From: Eutreptiella sp. 'Long Island Sound 2002'
Lineage: Eukaryota; Protista; Euglenida
Assembly: GCA_964036045.1 (NCBI GenBank)
Contig: OZ038378.1
Coordinates: 53,878,001 to 53,942,000 of the forward strand
Length of the DNA stretch: 64,000 bases
Direction: 5' to 3'
In this document: positions 46,980 through 61,100 of the stretch, piece after piece
How positions within the stretch are numbered: the stretch's first letter is position 1
Layout: each line of letters begins with the position of its first letter
Program-made: the position numbers and the translations under genes
The notes under the pieces: generated by a model
Told to the model about the DNA's origin: nothing
What the model saw: only the letters and a program-made list of their open reading frames with translations
Databases searched by the model: none

Positions 46980-47559
46980 TGGTGTGTGTGTCAATATGTG
47001 AATTGCTCCTTTTTCACAAGGTTCTCGATGCAGTTACTTCAGAATGGGATGGGGTGAGGCGCACCTAAGAGGACGGAGGGTGTTGCTAATTTCTTGGGGG
47101 GGTTTCGCCATGAAAAATGGCGACCAACAAAAGACGAAAATTTTGACAAATTCGAAAAATTGCACATATGCCTGTGTGAGAGTGTACTGTGTGTGTTGTG
47201 CATGCTGTGTGCCGCATGTGCGCCCATGCCTTGGAGGTGTGAGAGGGGGAGGTTCACACTGACTGGTTTGTCAACACCATCTTGGACAAGTAGATGCGGT
47301 TGGGCAGTCGTATTAGTAAGGCCCCCTCAACAACAAGAAAAGTTGCTGGTGTCCATGTTTTCCCCTGCACATGGAGACACCGATGTAGTCTGCTGTCCGG
47401 TGCAAGTAGACACGGTCTGCTAATTGTAGACGCTTCCAGCATTCTTTCAATAAGTTTTTTTTGGTTGTGAGGCTGTGGGTGCTGAACCTGGGAAGAAGGG
47501 GTAAGGAGGTTGTGTGTGGGGTATGGGGCGCGGGATTTCTTGCATGCAGTGTGCAAGAG

Positions 47560-48270
47560 TGACAGTCCTGCAGTGCTTGTGTGACACTGACAGTATGGAA
47601 GTGATGTTATGGGACAGTATGGGACTGACCGTATAGGAGTGATGGCATGCAAATAGCATTGTGGGAAAATGATTCAATTGCATGGGCCGGAGTAGCAGTA
47701 TGGGACTGGCAATATGGGAGTGATAGTATGGGCAAATGCCAGAATGGCAAGTGACATATAGGAGGGTTAGTGTGGGACTGACAGCAGGCTAATGAGGAAA
47801 TTAGTCACTGTAGTATTGCAGTGACAGTGTGGGAGACTAACAGTGTTGGGGAGGTACAGTATAGGTGTGTCAGTATGGGCGTGACAGAACGGTAACATGG
47901 GGTTGACAGCATGGAAGTAGACTGACAGTATGGGAGTGAACATATGAGAGAGAGGCAGTATTGGCGAGGGATGGCATGAGAATGACAGTATGGGAAGAGT
48001 GACTGTATGGAAATGACGTGCGGGAGTGAATGGGAGTGACAGTGCAGGCATGGCGGCATGAGCGTTGCAGCATGGCAGGATGATGGAATGGGAGTGATGT
48101 GATGGCATAGGAACAATCTTATGAGAGCGACACTACGGAGTCACAGTATGGGATGTATGGGATACACACATACGCAATACTCTCACACCCATACTTTCAT
48201 TACCATTCAGCCAATCCCACACGTTCACTTCCATGCTCTCAGTCCCATCACTATATTGTCACCACGGGAC
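47560..48270. repeat. Diverged CAGTATGGGAGTGA-type low-complexity repeat
   Basis: Recurring GACAGTATGGG motifs, with reverse-complement pieces near 48160-48260. Confidence 0.65.
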
Positions 48271-48305
48271 AGGAAGCTTTGCATCTCGCCCGCTGGTGAC
48301 AACAG

Positions 48306-48893
48306 GTCAAAGGAAGCAGTGTTGACGATGGCAAGCAGCAACGGCTACAGCGTGTCACGCCAAATGTCAATTCTACGACGCGCAAAAAGCTGGGTCACTT
48401 TTATGGGTGGCTGCAGACCCGTGTGACCGACGTGCAGAAAAAACATTCGTATGTGATTGAGGAGGTGCATAGCGCATTTCAGAAGACCGACGCCCCCCCC
48501 AGTGACCCAGCCGACAACCCCATCCCTGATACTACGCAGCCCTCCCCTGTTGGCTGTAGTCCCGACACTGTTGAGAGCACTCTGCCCGAGAGCCGGCACA
48601 GCCCATCAATGCAGCACAAGGAGGCGGAAGGGAAGGAGGAGATGATAGTTGATGGTCCTTTGGAGGATCTGGGTTCCACGCCAGAGGCCCCAAGGCCTGA
48701 GGCGCCGGAACAAGCGTTCAGGAAATGGAGCGACAACGGGGGCAGCTCGGAGGGGCCAAAGCTGCTGGTGAAGGCGCAGTCAAGGCCGTTGTCCGTGAAG
48801 CCGTTGGATTTGATGCAGCACGGGAGTAGTGCGGCAGTGATCCCGGTGGGCAGGCTAAAGGCCAATCCGAGCAAACCCAAGGCAAAGCGGTAG
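48306..48893 (+). CDS. Probable terminal exon of the same host gene (low-complexity Pro/Ser/Glu tail)
   Basis: Acceptor ACAACAG| at 48305. Open frame VKGSSVDDGKQQRLQRV..GHFYGWLQ..KPKAKR to TAG at 48891-48893. Phase 0 matches the end of exon 37562-37917. Confidence 0.55.
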   Translation, partial: VKGSSVDDGKQQRLQRVTPNVNSTTRKKLGHFYGWLQTRVTDVQKKHSYVIEEVHSAFQKTDAPPSDPADNPIPDTTQPSPVGCSPDTVESTLPESRHSPSMQHKEAEGKEEMIVDGPLEDLGSTPEAPRPEAPEQAFRKWSDNGGSSEGPKLLVKAQSRPLSVKPLDLMQHGSSAAVIPVGRLKANPSKPKAKR

Positions 48894-51800
48894 TGGAGTG
48901 CCGCAGCAGCGCTGGGGTATTCTTTGCTGAATGCTGCACAATGGGGGCCCATAACCTGAGTGAAATGGGGAAGAATGTTGAGACATGTGTTTGTGTGTGG
49001 GAGGGGAACTTCGAGCCCCCAATAATTGGGGGAGTGGTTGTGATTCAGAAAAGTGGCTCCTGTGGCGACCCCTTTATTGCAGCAGTGTTGAAGGCTTTTA
49101 CTGGTGTTTACTGGCCTGCACTGGCTTGTAAACAAGATAAACACTTTTTCAAGAACTGGTTTGGGTCCTCCTAATTTCATTGTCATTGGTTTTCTGTGTC
49201 ACTTTCAATGCAGAACCCCTGCTCCTGCTGGACGCAATGTGATCGGAGCCTCAACTGCTTATCCCTTCCCTTTTTGTCTTTGGTATTGCTCGTGTTTTCG
49301 TTCACTGTTTGTGCCCGAGCAAAACAGCAGAAGCTGCTGCTCCCGTCCAAGCTAGCCTCGTCCAAACCACACTACTGGTAGTGAGCCCACCTCTCTTGTT
49401 CAATGTCCAAGCTGAAGCAAACTGTAGGAACCACAATTATTTTCGCACCCAATTTTTTGCAGTCCCATTATGTTGCCACCTGTGTTGCGTGTAAGCCTGT
49501 CCAACCCCCCCCCCCCCTGGTGTTAATTTTTGAGACTGGGGTGTGGCTTAGACAAGGGGGGGGGGTATTTCTGCACCCAGCTTGTGCAGTCCCCCATTTG
49601 TCATTGCATTCATCATACTATTTCCATGTGACAGTTGGCGTTTTGGTGTCATGCCCAACCCTTGCTGGGGAATTGTGAGCCCACCTCTAAAAGCCCTGTG
49701 TTTTTAGCAGTTTGCTTCGTGAATCAGTCGGTGATTGACGGAGTGAGTCAGTGGGTTGGTTGGTGGGTGGGTGGGTGGGTGGCTGTGTGCCAAAGGGACT
49801 GTTACCAAAAGGCAAAGGCCGGGATGTACCCTTGGACCTCCACCGGGGGTATGTCCAAAGTTATCTCTAGCAGTGCCTGTTGCTCGCCTATGGCATTTAG
49901 CAAGGTGCTCATTCCAAAATGTGGGCCATCTTGTTGAATGCCCGAGCACGGCGAGGGCAGGATGACGTGGGCGCCCTGCAAGCTGCAGCAATGCACCAAC
50001 CGAGGGGTGCCTCTCGTTCCTCAGATTGAAGAACATGAGGTGAAATGGGCCTGCTAGATCATGTCGAAAGGCAAGCATGGACTCTCTCGGTGGCTTACGG
50101 TTTGTTTGTAGGGTTCAGTTTTGAGGGCCCAAACCCCGTCTAGCAATTGCCATTGGTATGGGTGCCAATATGTACTTCTACGGCAAACCCTTGGCTCTCC
50201 GTGACCTCTCGTCTTGAGGTTGGTGATCTCGGGGATGTGCCCACAATTAACCCAAAAGGTTGCTACTATGCTCCTTGATGCCAAGGCAACATCAAGCTGC
50301 CTTGTGATTGTATGCCGTTGAGCAGCAATTTTCCAAAAGACCAACAATGCGCTACTGGTGAAGTGCGACAAACACATAGCGGGCATTTTGCACCATACCC
50401 ATACCCCGGTGGGAACGTGCCCTTGAGCCTAGATGATGTCCTTCTGTTGTGGCAGGCGCAATAGTGTCCGCCAAGAGTTCTCAGACCGCCCCCATCTTTG
50501 GGAAGCAGGAAAATATAGATTGCAAGCCGGACAAAGGCGTGAGTCGCGTATACTTGTTGTTTTCTCTTGTGTGTCATGTACAAAGAAAAGTGATGGAAAA
50601 GTTGTTTTTCGCATCCAAGTCACACACACTTTTGTTATGTTCTTCATGTGCACCTTGAAAAGAGTCATAGAAAGAACAACCATAAGAACCCCAACAAGCA
50701 CGATTGCTACTTGAAGAGGTCAACCACGTTGTCCCCATGACCATATGAGATAACTCCAATCTGGGTAAAGCAATGGAATTGTAACCTACCGGGAAACTTA
50801 AGTCTGAAGTAATGAAGAGGTGGTTGCCTCAAGACAAAGTGCTACCAAAAAGTTTGAGGCCGTGTGGACCCTCCATGAGGTTTGCACCCCACAAGACATG
50901 GCGACTTGAGGATGACATGAAATTGGATCCAACATCACAAAAGGTGCAACACTACAAGTAATTGCGGAATGCAACCTTATTGATTTGGTGAGGTCATCAA
51001 TGAAGGGTTGGTCACCCTCCAACGGACCCATTGCATGTTGAGGTTGGCCCATTGGCCACCTTTGCCACACTCTGCGGAGTTTGACAACTTCACGGCCATC
51101 TTACGCATCACAGGCTTCAATGTCTTCATGCTAAGGCTTGGCGCTCAGGTGGCATCATTTCCTCGCTGCAATGGGGTGACCACAATATTTTCCTTTGGCT
51201 TTATGCAAGAGGATTTTTAATTTCAAAAAGGTTAGTGAAGTAGATCTGGCCGGGTCCTTGCATTTGCAGGTTGTTCAGAGGACAATCTTTAGGTATTGAG
51301 CAACACAAATACTGCTTCCATTTTTGTTCCGGTCCACAAATTCGGAGTTGAAAAAACGATCCAAGTTGATGGAACCCATTGCATCCCACATAAATCTTTT
51401 CGGCAAAGGTTTACCACCAACACCCTCCAAGCTTCTCGGATAATTAAACACCTCTTTGCATCGTCGCAGAGATTGGTAGCTTTTTGATGAACCTTTTTTT
51501 TTTTAAAAAAAAACAAAACTCAAGGCCGAAGCATGGATCAAAATTTCAGTTTGTGTGATGCATTTCAACATTGGTTGGATCAATGGATCAACGAGGTCTG
51601 GCACAATGGCTCCCAAATCCACACTTTGAACACCCACAAATTTGATACAGCTAGTTTGGGTGTTTTGAACAGACGAGCCACCGTCCCCACTCGGACAAGC
51701 GAAATATTGTATGCAAGCATCCCCCAGGAGGTTACTTTTGTGCGCATCTCCGTATCACAAATCAGCACCCACATGTCGCGTGTATCTACCTCAACACCTA

Positions 51801-54699
51801 TTGTGGAGGGAATTTGGTTGAAAGACCTGGACTTCACGGCATGGTTTGTTGAGAAGTTATACCATAATCAGGCGCACGCAAATTGACGATTGCGGTGACA
51901 TACATTGTGTACTCCCTCCAAGAAAGGAAGCAATATGAATGCAATGAGGCAATCCATGATGAGTTGGCCTGGTGTTGTCGCCACAAAGTTATAGTTAGTG
52001 TTGATGATCATGCCGGAAATTACTAGTCTCTTTGTGGCATTGTTGCAAGCCTCATCAGTGTTTGTAAGGAAGATGGTACAATACGGGTTGTTGGAGGGAA
52101 CCTATGTCATCCTCTATTTTCCAGAAGGGCATGCGCATGTTCGAATTCAAACACCCCAGCCCCTCCCCTTTTGAGACCCTCCAAATTCTTCAAACTTGTC
52201 TTTTATCAATTTGACGTTTTGGGGGAAATTGTTGGTGCCATATATACTGCAATTTTTAATTTTTTGCCGCTCAAGGGCAAAAACTTTTTTTACCCTACCT
52301 ATCGAAATCCCAAAAGCTCAGAATTTCGTGGGGAATTCTAAACTAGTTGAAAAATACAAAAAAATTTAGCCCCCCGACCCGACCTCCGTGTTGGACTTTG
52401 GCTGATGGGAGCCTGGAATGATGGGAGCCTAGGATGATGGGCCAGTTTGTTTGAAAGTTATTTTTACCTCAGTGGTGTATCTTCAAAATGATGAGCGTGT
52501 CGAGGTGATCATTTTGAGGCATGTATGTTGAGGTACTATTGGCTTGCCAAACCAATTTTCCCCGGGAGTTCTCCGGGGTTGTTGCCGAATACCACTGCAA
52601 GATCTTTTGGGTGACCCTTGGTTTGGCTCACCGTTGGGCTTGTGGTTGTTGTGGGTAGCAGTCCCTTGCTGGGGGCTGAGACCTCTTTAAAACCCTTGCT
52701 TTATCTACCTTGCAAAAGCTTGTTTTCCAAGAAACAAAAACACAACCCCTCCCGGCACCGTGCACAACGTATATACATGGGCATGTGGAACGGGTTGGAA
52801 GTTGTCGTGGTACTCCCCTTGTGCTTTTTTGATTGATTGTTTGATTGATTGATGTATGATAAAAAACACTTGTAAAGTACAATGCACCATGGGCCCTACT
52901 TCCGTGAAAAAACCCTACTGTTATTCTTACAAATCCCTTTTCTTGAATTCCCCACCTGTCGCGCTTAAGAATCCCACTCTGTGGTCAGTATTCCCGGCCC
53001 TCCGCCCCCGACCCTACGTGCCTGCAGGTAACACCCCCTTTCGAGAGCCTGCCCCAATGCAGTCTCCAAAGCAAAGAGGGTGTCTGCTCTGGGCAGTTGA
53101 AGGTCAACAGGACGCAATTCATGCCATCTGTGGTGAAGTAATGAATGGCAGGGATGGTCGCCCTAGCTCAGTTGGCCTCGGTGGTTCCCCGCAGGTTATC
53201 TTGGCTTTGGACCATTGCACCGCCTCAGTCCCCTTACCCCTCGCTTGCACCGTTGACCCCGGGCTTGGTTGGCCGGCGGCCCTCATGGATTACGGCACAG
53301 ACCCGTGCACTAGGTTAAGTTGATGTTCAACATACATATATACTCCTCCATATAAATATACATATATCTGGACGGCCGTACGATACACAAGCAGTCGCCT
53401 TCAGGCTATCTTGCCTTGCTGAGCGCCGCAAGGGACGTGCACAAGATGCATCCCGGTTGGGTGCCCTTAAGGCCCGAGGCCCGCCTGGCTCCCCTTAGCA
53501 GCCTCACTGAAGTGGTTGACAACGGAACCGAGTGTGCGAAAAGAAAAAACACGAGTGCAATCTTCCATAACTGTCCTTATATTAACATTGCTCCATGGAC
53601 CTGTATCCCCGCTGGCATACTTTTCCCCGGGACCGGGCATAAAGAAATGGTTCCCCGTATTAGTCATTCCTCGTTGCGTTCATTTGTGGTTGCCCTGGAA
53701 GTCTCACGCCGTGGGGCCCCGGGCCACCCATGGTTAGGTATCCGTGCCTTCGTTTCCCGGCTGGCGTGTCCCCCCCCGTTTTACATTGGAACGCGCCTAC
53801 TTGATTCCACTGTCGCTTTCATTCTAGTCTCCTCCCTTGCATTTCACCCGACTGGACCCTTGGTGAGGTTCCGTACCGTGTCGCTTCACACTTGCATTGC
53901 TTGCCCGGCCATCGCGTCTCGCACTCCTTTGGCGGCCATCGTGCCCACTACTCCCCTTGCTTGCTCAACTCAAATTGGAACAATCGCCCGGCCACATAGA
54001 CCACTCCTTCGCGGATCAATTCCCAGTCTGGTCCCGTTCGCTCCCACACGACCATGGCTGCCCCCCCTCCTTGTCCTTTTCCCTATCCCTTGCTGCTTCC
54101 TCACTATCCTGCTCCCCCACTGCTACTTGCCGTCTCCGGCTCCTCGTCCATATCCTTGCCTTCGTGTTCCCTTTCTTCGGCCGCGGCACTGGGTTCGGAT
54201 CTCAACGAGTCGGACTCCCTGGGCTTGGGATCATTTAGTCCCATGGGCCGTGCCACTGCTCCTCGCGCTTCCGAGATATGCCGCACCACCTTCAGGAACA
54301 TGTGCATGCCCTCCTCTGCATGCAGCTCCTGCCACACTCTTGCCATGATATGCTAATCATCAGCATGCAGCTGGCGGTAGGGCTCCTCCCTGGAAAATCC
54401 TGCATATGGCAATGCCAGCAACCATGCGCCTTCGAACAGGTGCATGGGTTCACCACGTCCATCGTCCGGTCCTTCATCGTTGTCGCTGTCCACAGCACTC
54501 TGTGTAAGGCCGTGGAGCAATGGGACACATTGATGGTCCGTGGTGAACAGTGCCGCCGTGTGATGCCAGACTTCCTCATCCCCCTCTTCTTGGATCCATC
54601 CTCCCTCCACGATCACCCCCTGGCGCTACTCACTCGCCTTCCTCCAAGGCCCCCGCATCGCGGGGGGCACCCACTGGGTTGGTGGCTTACCGCCCGCTT

Positions 54700-55460
54700 T
54701 GGCCTCCCCGAGCATCACTTGCAACGCTGCCCGCACCATGCCTTCCCTTTTCACCTCCCCCCGTCCCCGTTGTTGCCGCGATGCCTTGAATTTGTGGCCT
54801 TGGAGCTTGTGGGTCGGGATCCACCACTCCTCCGCCTCCTTGCTGGCCACTGCAACTATGATGTCCTGCAGTGACAAGGTTTGCGGTCGTACTACGTTCA
54901 CTAGCTGACCAATTTCCGGCATTAGCCAGGCCTCGTCTAGGGCACTTGGCCGCCCTTCCGCCAGCTTGTTCAACCGCGCTACCGCCTCACTGAGCACCCG
55001 ATGGCGGCCTCCCTTGCCACCTCCTCAAAAGCCTCCGTGGGTTTGGGTAAATTTCTGTGCTTATTCACCTTTGCTTCCTCTATCTTGTCCCCTTCCTGTG
55101 TCTTGTGTTGCTTGTCCGCCTGCACCTCCCGCATCGCGGTCTCGGTGTCCTCGTCGTCTAACACCACGTTGTGCGCCGTGACAGTCCTCACCGGTAAAGC
55201 ACGCAGGAGGGCAGCAGCCGCTAGGGAGGCAGATAGGTGGCACAAGCCTAAGGAGACCGGCCGGGGCAGGTCCTAAGAGTGGTACATGGGACCGATTCCC
55301 CGCCGCCAAGGTTTCGCCACCAAATCGAACCTTCGACCAAGAGTGAACGGACCCCTTCACCACCGACGAAGACAGGGGCGGTCAACAGCGGCGGGGCACA
55401 CCCCCAACCAAGAGGCCCGTCAACTAGCCGCAAACTCCGCCAGGGCAAGGGATGCTGTCA
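54700..55460 (-). pseudogene. Degenerate integrase C-terminal GPF module and chromodomain-like segment
   Basis: RRW-RGPFTL around 55370-55340 and SKEAEEWWIPTHKL around 54840-54800. Weak by-eye similarity. Confidence 0.35.
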
Positions 55461-56599
55461 TGGACGGCGCGGCCAGAGGGCGAGGCTGAGCAAGGGTAGA
55501 GACGGGTAGGAAAAGGGGAGGAGTAGCAGAAAGCACACAAGGGGAAGAACAGTCAGGGTAAGGGCAAGGGTAAGGGCATTGTCGCCAGGGAAACGGGGAA
55601 AGGGAAGGGGCACACAGCAAAAAGGGGAAAGGGCATGGCCAGCTACTTGAGGGACCCACCAAAGTTCCACGAGTACAAATGCCAGCCGCCCGCCTGCAAC
55701 GCACAAGCCGGGACCGCTCACCGGACGAAATACTGGCTACAGGGTGGGAAGATGGCCAAAGCGTGTCCACGGCGGTGGGATACGCCGAGGCCACAGCCGA
55801 TGCCTCGGATATGGCAAGCGGAAGTCGGCTGTTGGATCCAGGAGTGGGAACACGACCATGAGTTGCAGCAGCAGCAATAGCTTCACACGCAGCATGGGGC
55901 ACAGGAGGAATCGGCTAAATGGGCCTGAGAGGTGGAGGCAGCTAGCACTGAGAGGCAAAAACGCAGCAGGCAATAGGGGAAAGAGAAAAGAGGGACTGGG
56001 CACGGCATTCGCCGCCGAACGCCGAGCGATGGGCACACTGCCAATACGCAGAGTGTCTTTGGTTTTCTTCCCGGCTTCCTCCATAGCGGCCACGAAGTGC
56101 AGCTTGTGCTTGCTGGGGTCCACGTTCGCCAACGTGTACGCTTGTGCGGACCATGTGTCCACCTTCGACAGCGACCCCCTGTATGACATTCCTTGCTTCA
56201 GCTGCGGCGCCGGCACCGCTTGTGTGTCGCCGGCGTTTGCTGCTCGCCGTTCCCTTGATGCTTCCGTTAGTGCCGGTGCGGCCATGGGCTCCGGTTCAGC
56301 TTTAAGCACCGGCTCGTTCGTGGACTCTGGTGCTGTGGTAGGCACGGGCACTGCTACAGCCGTTGGAGTTCGGGCGGCTGGTGGTGCTGTGCGAACTGTG
56401 GGTACTGGTGTTGTAGCTATTGTGGATGGTTGAGCTGCGGGCGCCGTTGCTTTGGGTCTTGCTGCGGGCATGTGTGCTGCTTGCTGGCTCATGGGCTCAG
56501 CACACTGCTGCCTTCCCAAGACCCGTGGCGGAGGTCCTTGTGCCCGTGCTCCCGTGCTCAGCCGCCCCGCAACCCAGCTAGCGTTTCCCCTGGTGCTCT

Positions 56600-58740
56600 C
56601 CCCTTTGGCTTGGTTGCCCAGGGCAACTGCGAACCTGCTGGTGGTACCCTACGCGAGGGCGACCTGTTCTGCGGCTGCCCCTCGCCCTTCGAACCTCCTT
56701 GGGCATGAAATTTGCCTTAGCCCATTTGGCCCACCATGCCAACAGTAGATATCCCCATCTTGTCCCTTACCCTTCGTCTTCCCCCCCTTGAATCCCTTGC
56801 CCTTGTCTCCCTTGCGTGTGCTCTTTTCCCTCCATTCCCTTCTCTCCCGCGACGTCCGCCCACGGTACTGGATTGTATCTGCAAAGCTGGATGTAACGGC
56901 AACACTCTAACTCGTACAGTTCATGTGCCCAGTGCCCCATGGGGGTGTAATCCTCCAAGGGCTGCCTCCATCGCGCACGCTCAACTTGGCGATGCCACCA
57001 CGCGCGGTCGCCAGCTTTAGCTTGCGGGTTGCGGCTGCTTGGCAACCGTGACTGGCGGACCCCATGCGTCGCACATGCTTTGCATGGTCGCTTGCTGCTC
57101 CGCCCATTGCTGCGACTTTGACTGCCGCGTTGGGGGTTAGGCCTCTGGTCGTTCACGGCCTGTGCTGTGTTCGGCGGTGGCCCTTGATGGGCCTACCATG
57201 CTAGCTTCCGCGCACAGTGCCCAGACTACCGGGCTCGGTTGGGTGGGTGCGTTCTCCTCCGGTTGCGGAGCCTTAGCTTCCGCGCTTGATTGGCTTGCTG
57301 TACTCACTTTCGCACGGGGCCACGGTGTGCTTTACACCACAATCTTCATGTTGTGTAGGACACTGGCCACGTGAATCGCCATTTCCATTTTCGTCTGTTT
57401 GTCCTCCTTTTTTCCACAATACCTCCTGCGCATCGGGGCCCATGAAAATTTCCCGGATCCCGCTGCCGGACCCCTTTGCTTGGTTTGCGGCAAGTTGTCG
57501 TATTGACCCTTGTGGTCTTTTCATCGGACGTACTTTTCGCGACTTCCTGCCATTTGTGTGCCGCCGCCATCCTTCGTTCCTGAGCATGATGCTGATGTCC
57601 CTTTTTGTCCACCGTACCCCCCGCCCGCGCGCTCGTGAATTGGATCTAGAGCGGGGCATGGTGAAGCCCGTAGCGCGTTTGGCCAATCGTCGTCGAGTGG
57701 GCCCATCAGGGCATGGCAATGCAGGAACGCCCCCATCATCTGGATCGACTTCGGGATGTGGTGTTCCCGGAGCAATGCTAGCATGCACTCGCTCCTTTGT
57801 GCCTGCCATGCCTCTTGACGCTTTCGTCGGCCGGCCCATTGCTCCCGCACTAGATGGCTATGCTCGTCATCCTTTGCGCGTGGGGGGGGGGGGGGGTTGA
57901 GGATGCGGTGGTGCATACACTTGTCACTGCGCTCGTTGCTGCCCCATCGGATGTCGCTGTGGTCGTGGCCGCCTTCTCTGCACCGCCAGTGTTCTTGGTG
58001 GGGTCAGCGTGCGCTGCCGGCTTTGCAGAGGGCTTGGTTACGCCTTCTTGTGGCTGGACGGTTATGATGTTGGCGAGTCCTTGGAAGGCTCGGTTGCGTC
58101 CTTCGCCATTGGTGGTATCGATGTGCTCCTTCGCGTTGGCGGCAACTCTGCTTGGGACTTGGGCTTGGCCTTCTCTTTGGTTGTCTGGCCCTTGTCCGCC
58201 ACCTATGTCACATGTGTATCTGTTCACCTCCTTTCCGCCTGCAGTGAGCGCACTACCTAGCAGTCCGCAGTATCCCACTCCCTTGTGCCCCCTCATATTG
58301 TGCACAAGAAAGTGTTATCCCCCCCCCCCTTGTACCGGCCCTGTTTCCTCCTTCGTTCCTTGTGGAGGATTTGTGGCAAGTGCCGAACCTCTTCCTGGGA
58401 TTGCCGGTAGATTGATGGGAATGTACCCGCTTGCCCAACCTTGCATATTTGCCGGGCTCCAATATCTTTTGGCGCTTCATTGGTGAGATCCGCATCGACT
58501 CCATGTCGCTTACAATAGTTGAACCACTTCTTCGTCACATCTCCAATGAAGCTTGTCACGGCTTCCGCAGTCCTCCAATCATTGGTGAATTGTTCCCATG
58601 GTGTCCGAATTTCCAGTTTTCCTATTTCCTCGTTGACTCTGTGGTCAAGCATATCTTTGGGAACATACTCCGGATACTTTGAGTACTCGCAATGCCTACC
58701 TTCCAGATATTTTCTATATCTCAAGGGCATAGTTTGCCCC
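56600..58740 (-). pseudogene. Gag-like region of an LTR retrotransposon with degenerate CCHC knuckles
   Basis: TPWEQFTNDW..ARQICKVGQAGTFPSIYRQ resembles the W..F / L.Q..Y pattern of retrotransposon gag. Knuckle-like remnants are CGVKHTVAPC, GHWAHE and IYCWHxGQMG. Confidence 0.45.
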
Positions 58741-58849
58741 GCCACTTCACAAATGGATGCACGATTGCGACATGCACTCACTCCGTCTTCTCTTCTTATC
58801 CTCCTCCGCCCGCCACGAGGTATACCTGCCCGCTGATGCAATCGACCAC

Positions 58850-59800
58850 TTGATGTGGTCCTCGCCAATATACCCCTTCCCACACGTAATCACCCTTGGT
58901 GTACTTGCGTGCTTGGCTTCGAGTTGGTTACACGCCTTGGCTGCCAGATCTCGCAGCTTGGTGACTGCTGCCTCTGCCCTCTTGTGACACTCCTGTCTCT
59001 CCCTCACGAAAGCCGTAATTTCACGTGTCTCCTCATGGAATGCTGCAAGCAACCCTAGTACCGGTGGTTTCCTTCCCATATACAGCTCATATGGGCTCCA
59101 CTTGGTGGGCCCCGGTAGGGCATGTAGTGCAGGCGCACACTGTGTCACCATCTTGGTCCACTCGGTCTCCTGCTTGACCTGCAGCGCCATGTGTGCGGCC
59201 TTTCTGAACTGCTTGCCCATGTTTTCCACCTCCCCGGTGGTAAGGTGGCGCCTGGCTTGTGCGTACGCCACATTTATGCCGTGCATCTTGCGGTACCCCC
59301 GCCCACAATCGGCGATGCACTGTGGCCCCCGATCGCACTCAGGTCTGCCGATACTCCATATGGGTCCCCCACATTCTTGGCAAAAAGCCGCACTGCTTTC
59401 GCCGCTGTGAACCCCACCGAATCCACTATCATTGGGATGGAGTAGTTGCCGTGTACGTCCGTGACGACATATCGCGGTAGCAGTGGTTCGCACTAGAGCT
59501 ATCCATGTGAACCCGGAGAGGTGTAAAGAAATGGCTTAGTATCAATGGCCACCATGTTAAATAGTCGCAAAATGCCACATCTTGGGTTAGGATGATAAAA
59601 AAAGGTGACCAGTTGATTTTTCTTGACAGTTGTAGTCTCTTTTTGTGGAGCTTAATATCGCAAATAAGGTTTTCACGATTAGTTCGAACAACCAAGACGT
59701 CATTGAGTCTGGCACCATAGAAGCCAGCAAACGTGACCGCTCTTGGGATTTGGTCCTCAGGGCAAGGTGTGTCTCCCTACCCCCATGTCTAGAGAGCATA
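58850..59800 (-). pseudogene. Ty3/Gypsy-type integrase core (rve)
   Basis: GRPECDRGPQC, HGINVAY, TTGEVENMGK and WSPYELYMGRKP match canonical integrase motifs. The upstream NCQEKSTG resembles the end of the HHCC zinc motif. Confidence 0.8.
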
Positions 59801-59899
59801 AAGTAAATAAATCAAACACTTAAGTGCGGATTAGTCCCAAACAATGCTTTGCCGGGCGTTTTTTGCATAAGATCAACCCTTGCACACCCATACTTTCGT

Positions 59900-61100
59900 C
59901 ATGTAGGCTTTGCAGGTTTGTAGCTTTGTGGTGACAAGGAGGAAGTGCACTATACAGGCTAATCATCCATAAGAACCGGTACATATGCTGTTCTGAGGTG
60001 TTGAATGCATTGTTGGCATGGAATTTCATCCCTATGAGCCACCAAAATATGTTAATCCTGCTCTTCCATACCTTGCTACTAAATGATCTTGTGTACACTT
60101 CTACTACAGCGCTCCGTTGGTTTTAGTGTAGTCAATCCATGGATGACTCTTGTAGCGAAGAGCATCACCATTGTTTTCGTTGGACAATCATAAGATGTCT
60201 ATGTGGCTTTTGCTGAGAGTGTATAACTGTGGTTTCCTGTGAGCAAGGGTCGTAGTTGAATCCTCTTTCCGACTGTCCGCAATTTATGGGCCTGTGGCAG
60301 ACCACCTATCGGCGCAAATTTTTCACACATATAGGTTTGATCTCAAAGGTTCCTTTGGCATGTCCCATGGCCTTCTATGCCATGAGGTGTCGTTTTGTGC
60401 AGCTACCCCAACCGGTCTCGTTGAAAACAAATGCTCCGGGGGGGGGGGGGGGGGTTCTCTTTTTCGGTGTTGTTTCTCCGTATTTTTCGACAAAGCGCCG
60501 CAGATCTCTTTGTGGACGCACAAATAATACATATATCCCTCAAAGAACACGCACCATGTTCCTGTGCCTGTAATGGTTGCTCTTTTGTGTTGATGTTCTA
60601 GTCCAATGGACCTGTGTTTGTACATGAACTGGATTGTGTCCACGCGTCCGTGCCGAATCGACGGGCTCAAAAAGCAGGGGAGCGGGTTAATTTCAATGGA
60701 TACAATGACTGGTCGAGGATTTTGGAGTGGTCAAATGACGGGTCAGATACTACCTGGCTCAGGGTTGTTCTTACAAGGGGTACATCATCAATGAGTTAGG
60801 TCAAGCTAAAATAGTTAGGGTGTAGGGCTTGATGCACGCTACTCATATATGCAAAAAGAATCCTCATTTTTAGGCATTGGGCCCCATCGTAGGAAGAATT
60901 TTCGTGAAGGGCTTAGGGAGCAGAACAGAAAAAGTGGTACATTGTTGATCGGTTTGCGTCACGATCGGGCTGCAAAAACACGTAAATGGTGACATTGTAA
61001 AACCTAAAGTGACCACTGCGTTTGGTTTCATCCAAGCCTCTCATATATGCAAGCATTATGAGAAATCGACATATCTACCCCATCCTACAAAGCTTGTTCC
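59900..61100 (-). pseudogene. Highly degenerate RT/RNase H region of the same Gypsy-like pol
   Basis: LIDDVPL at ~60795-60775 sits where Y(I/L)DD is expected, and VYTRSFS appears at ~60100. Many stops and frameshifts. Confidence 0.35.

Noticed and set aside
51500-52100. Possible Mutator-like or helicase fragment on minus (CTIFLTNTDEACNNATK)
   Set aside because: A single short motif with stops nearby is not enough to assign a family.
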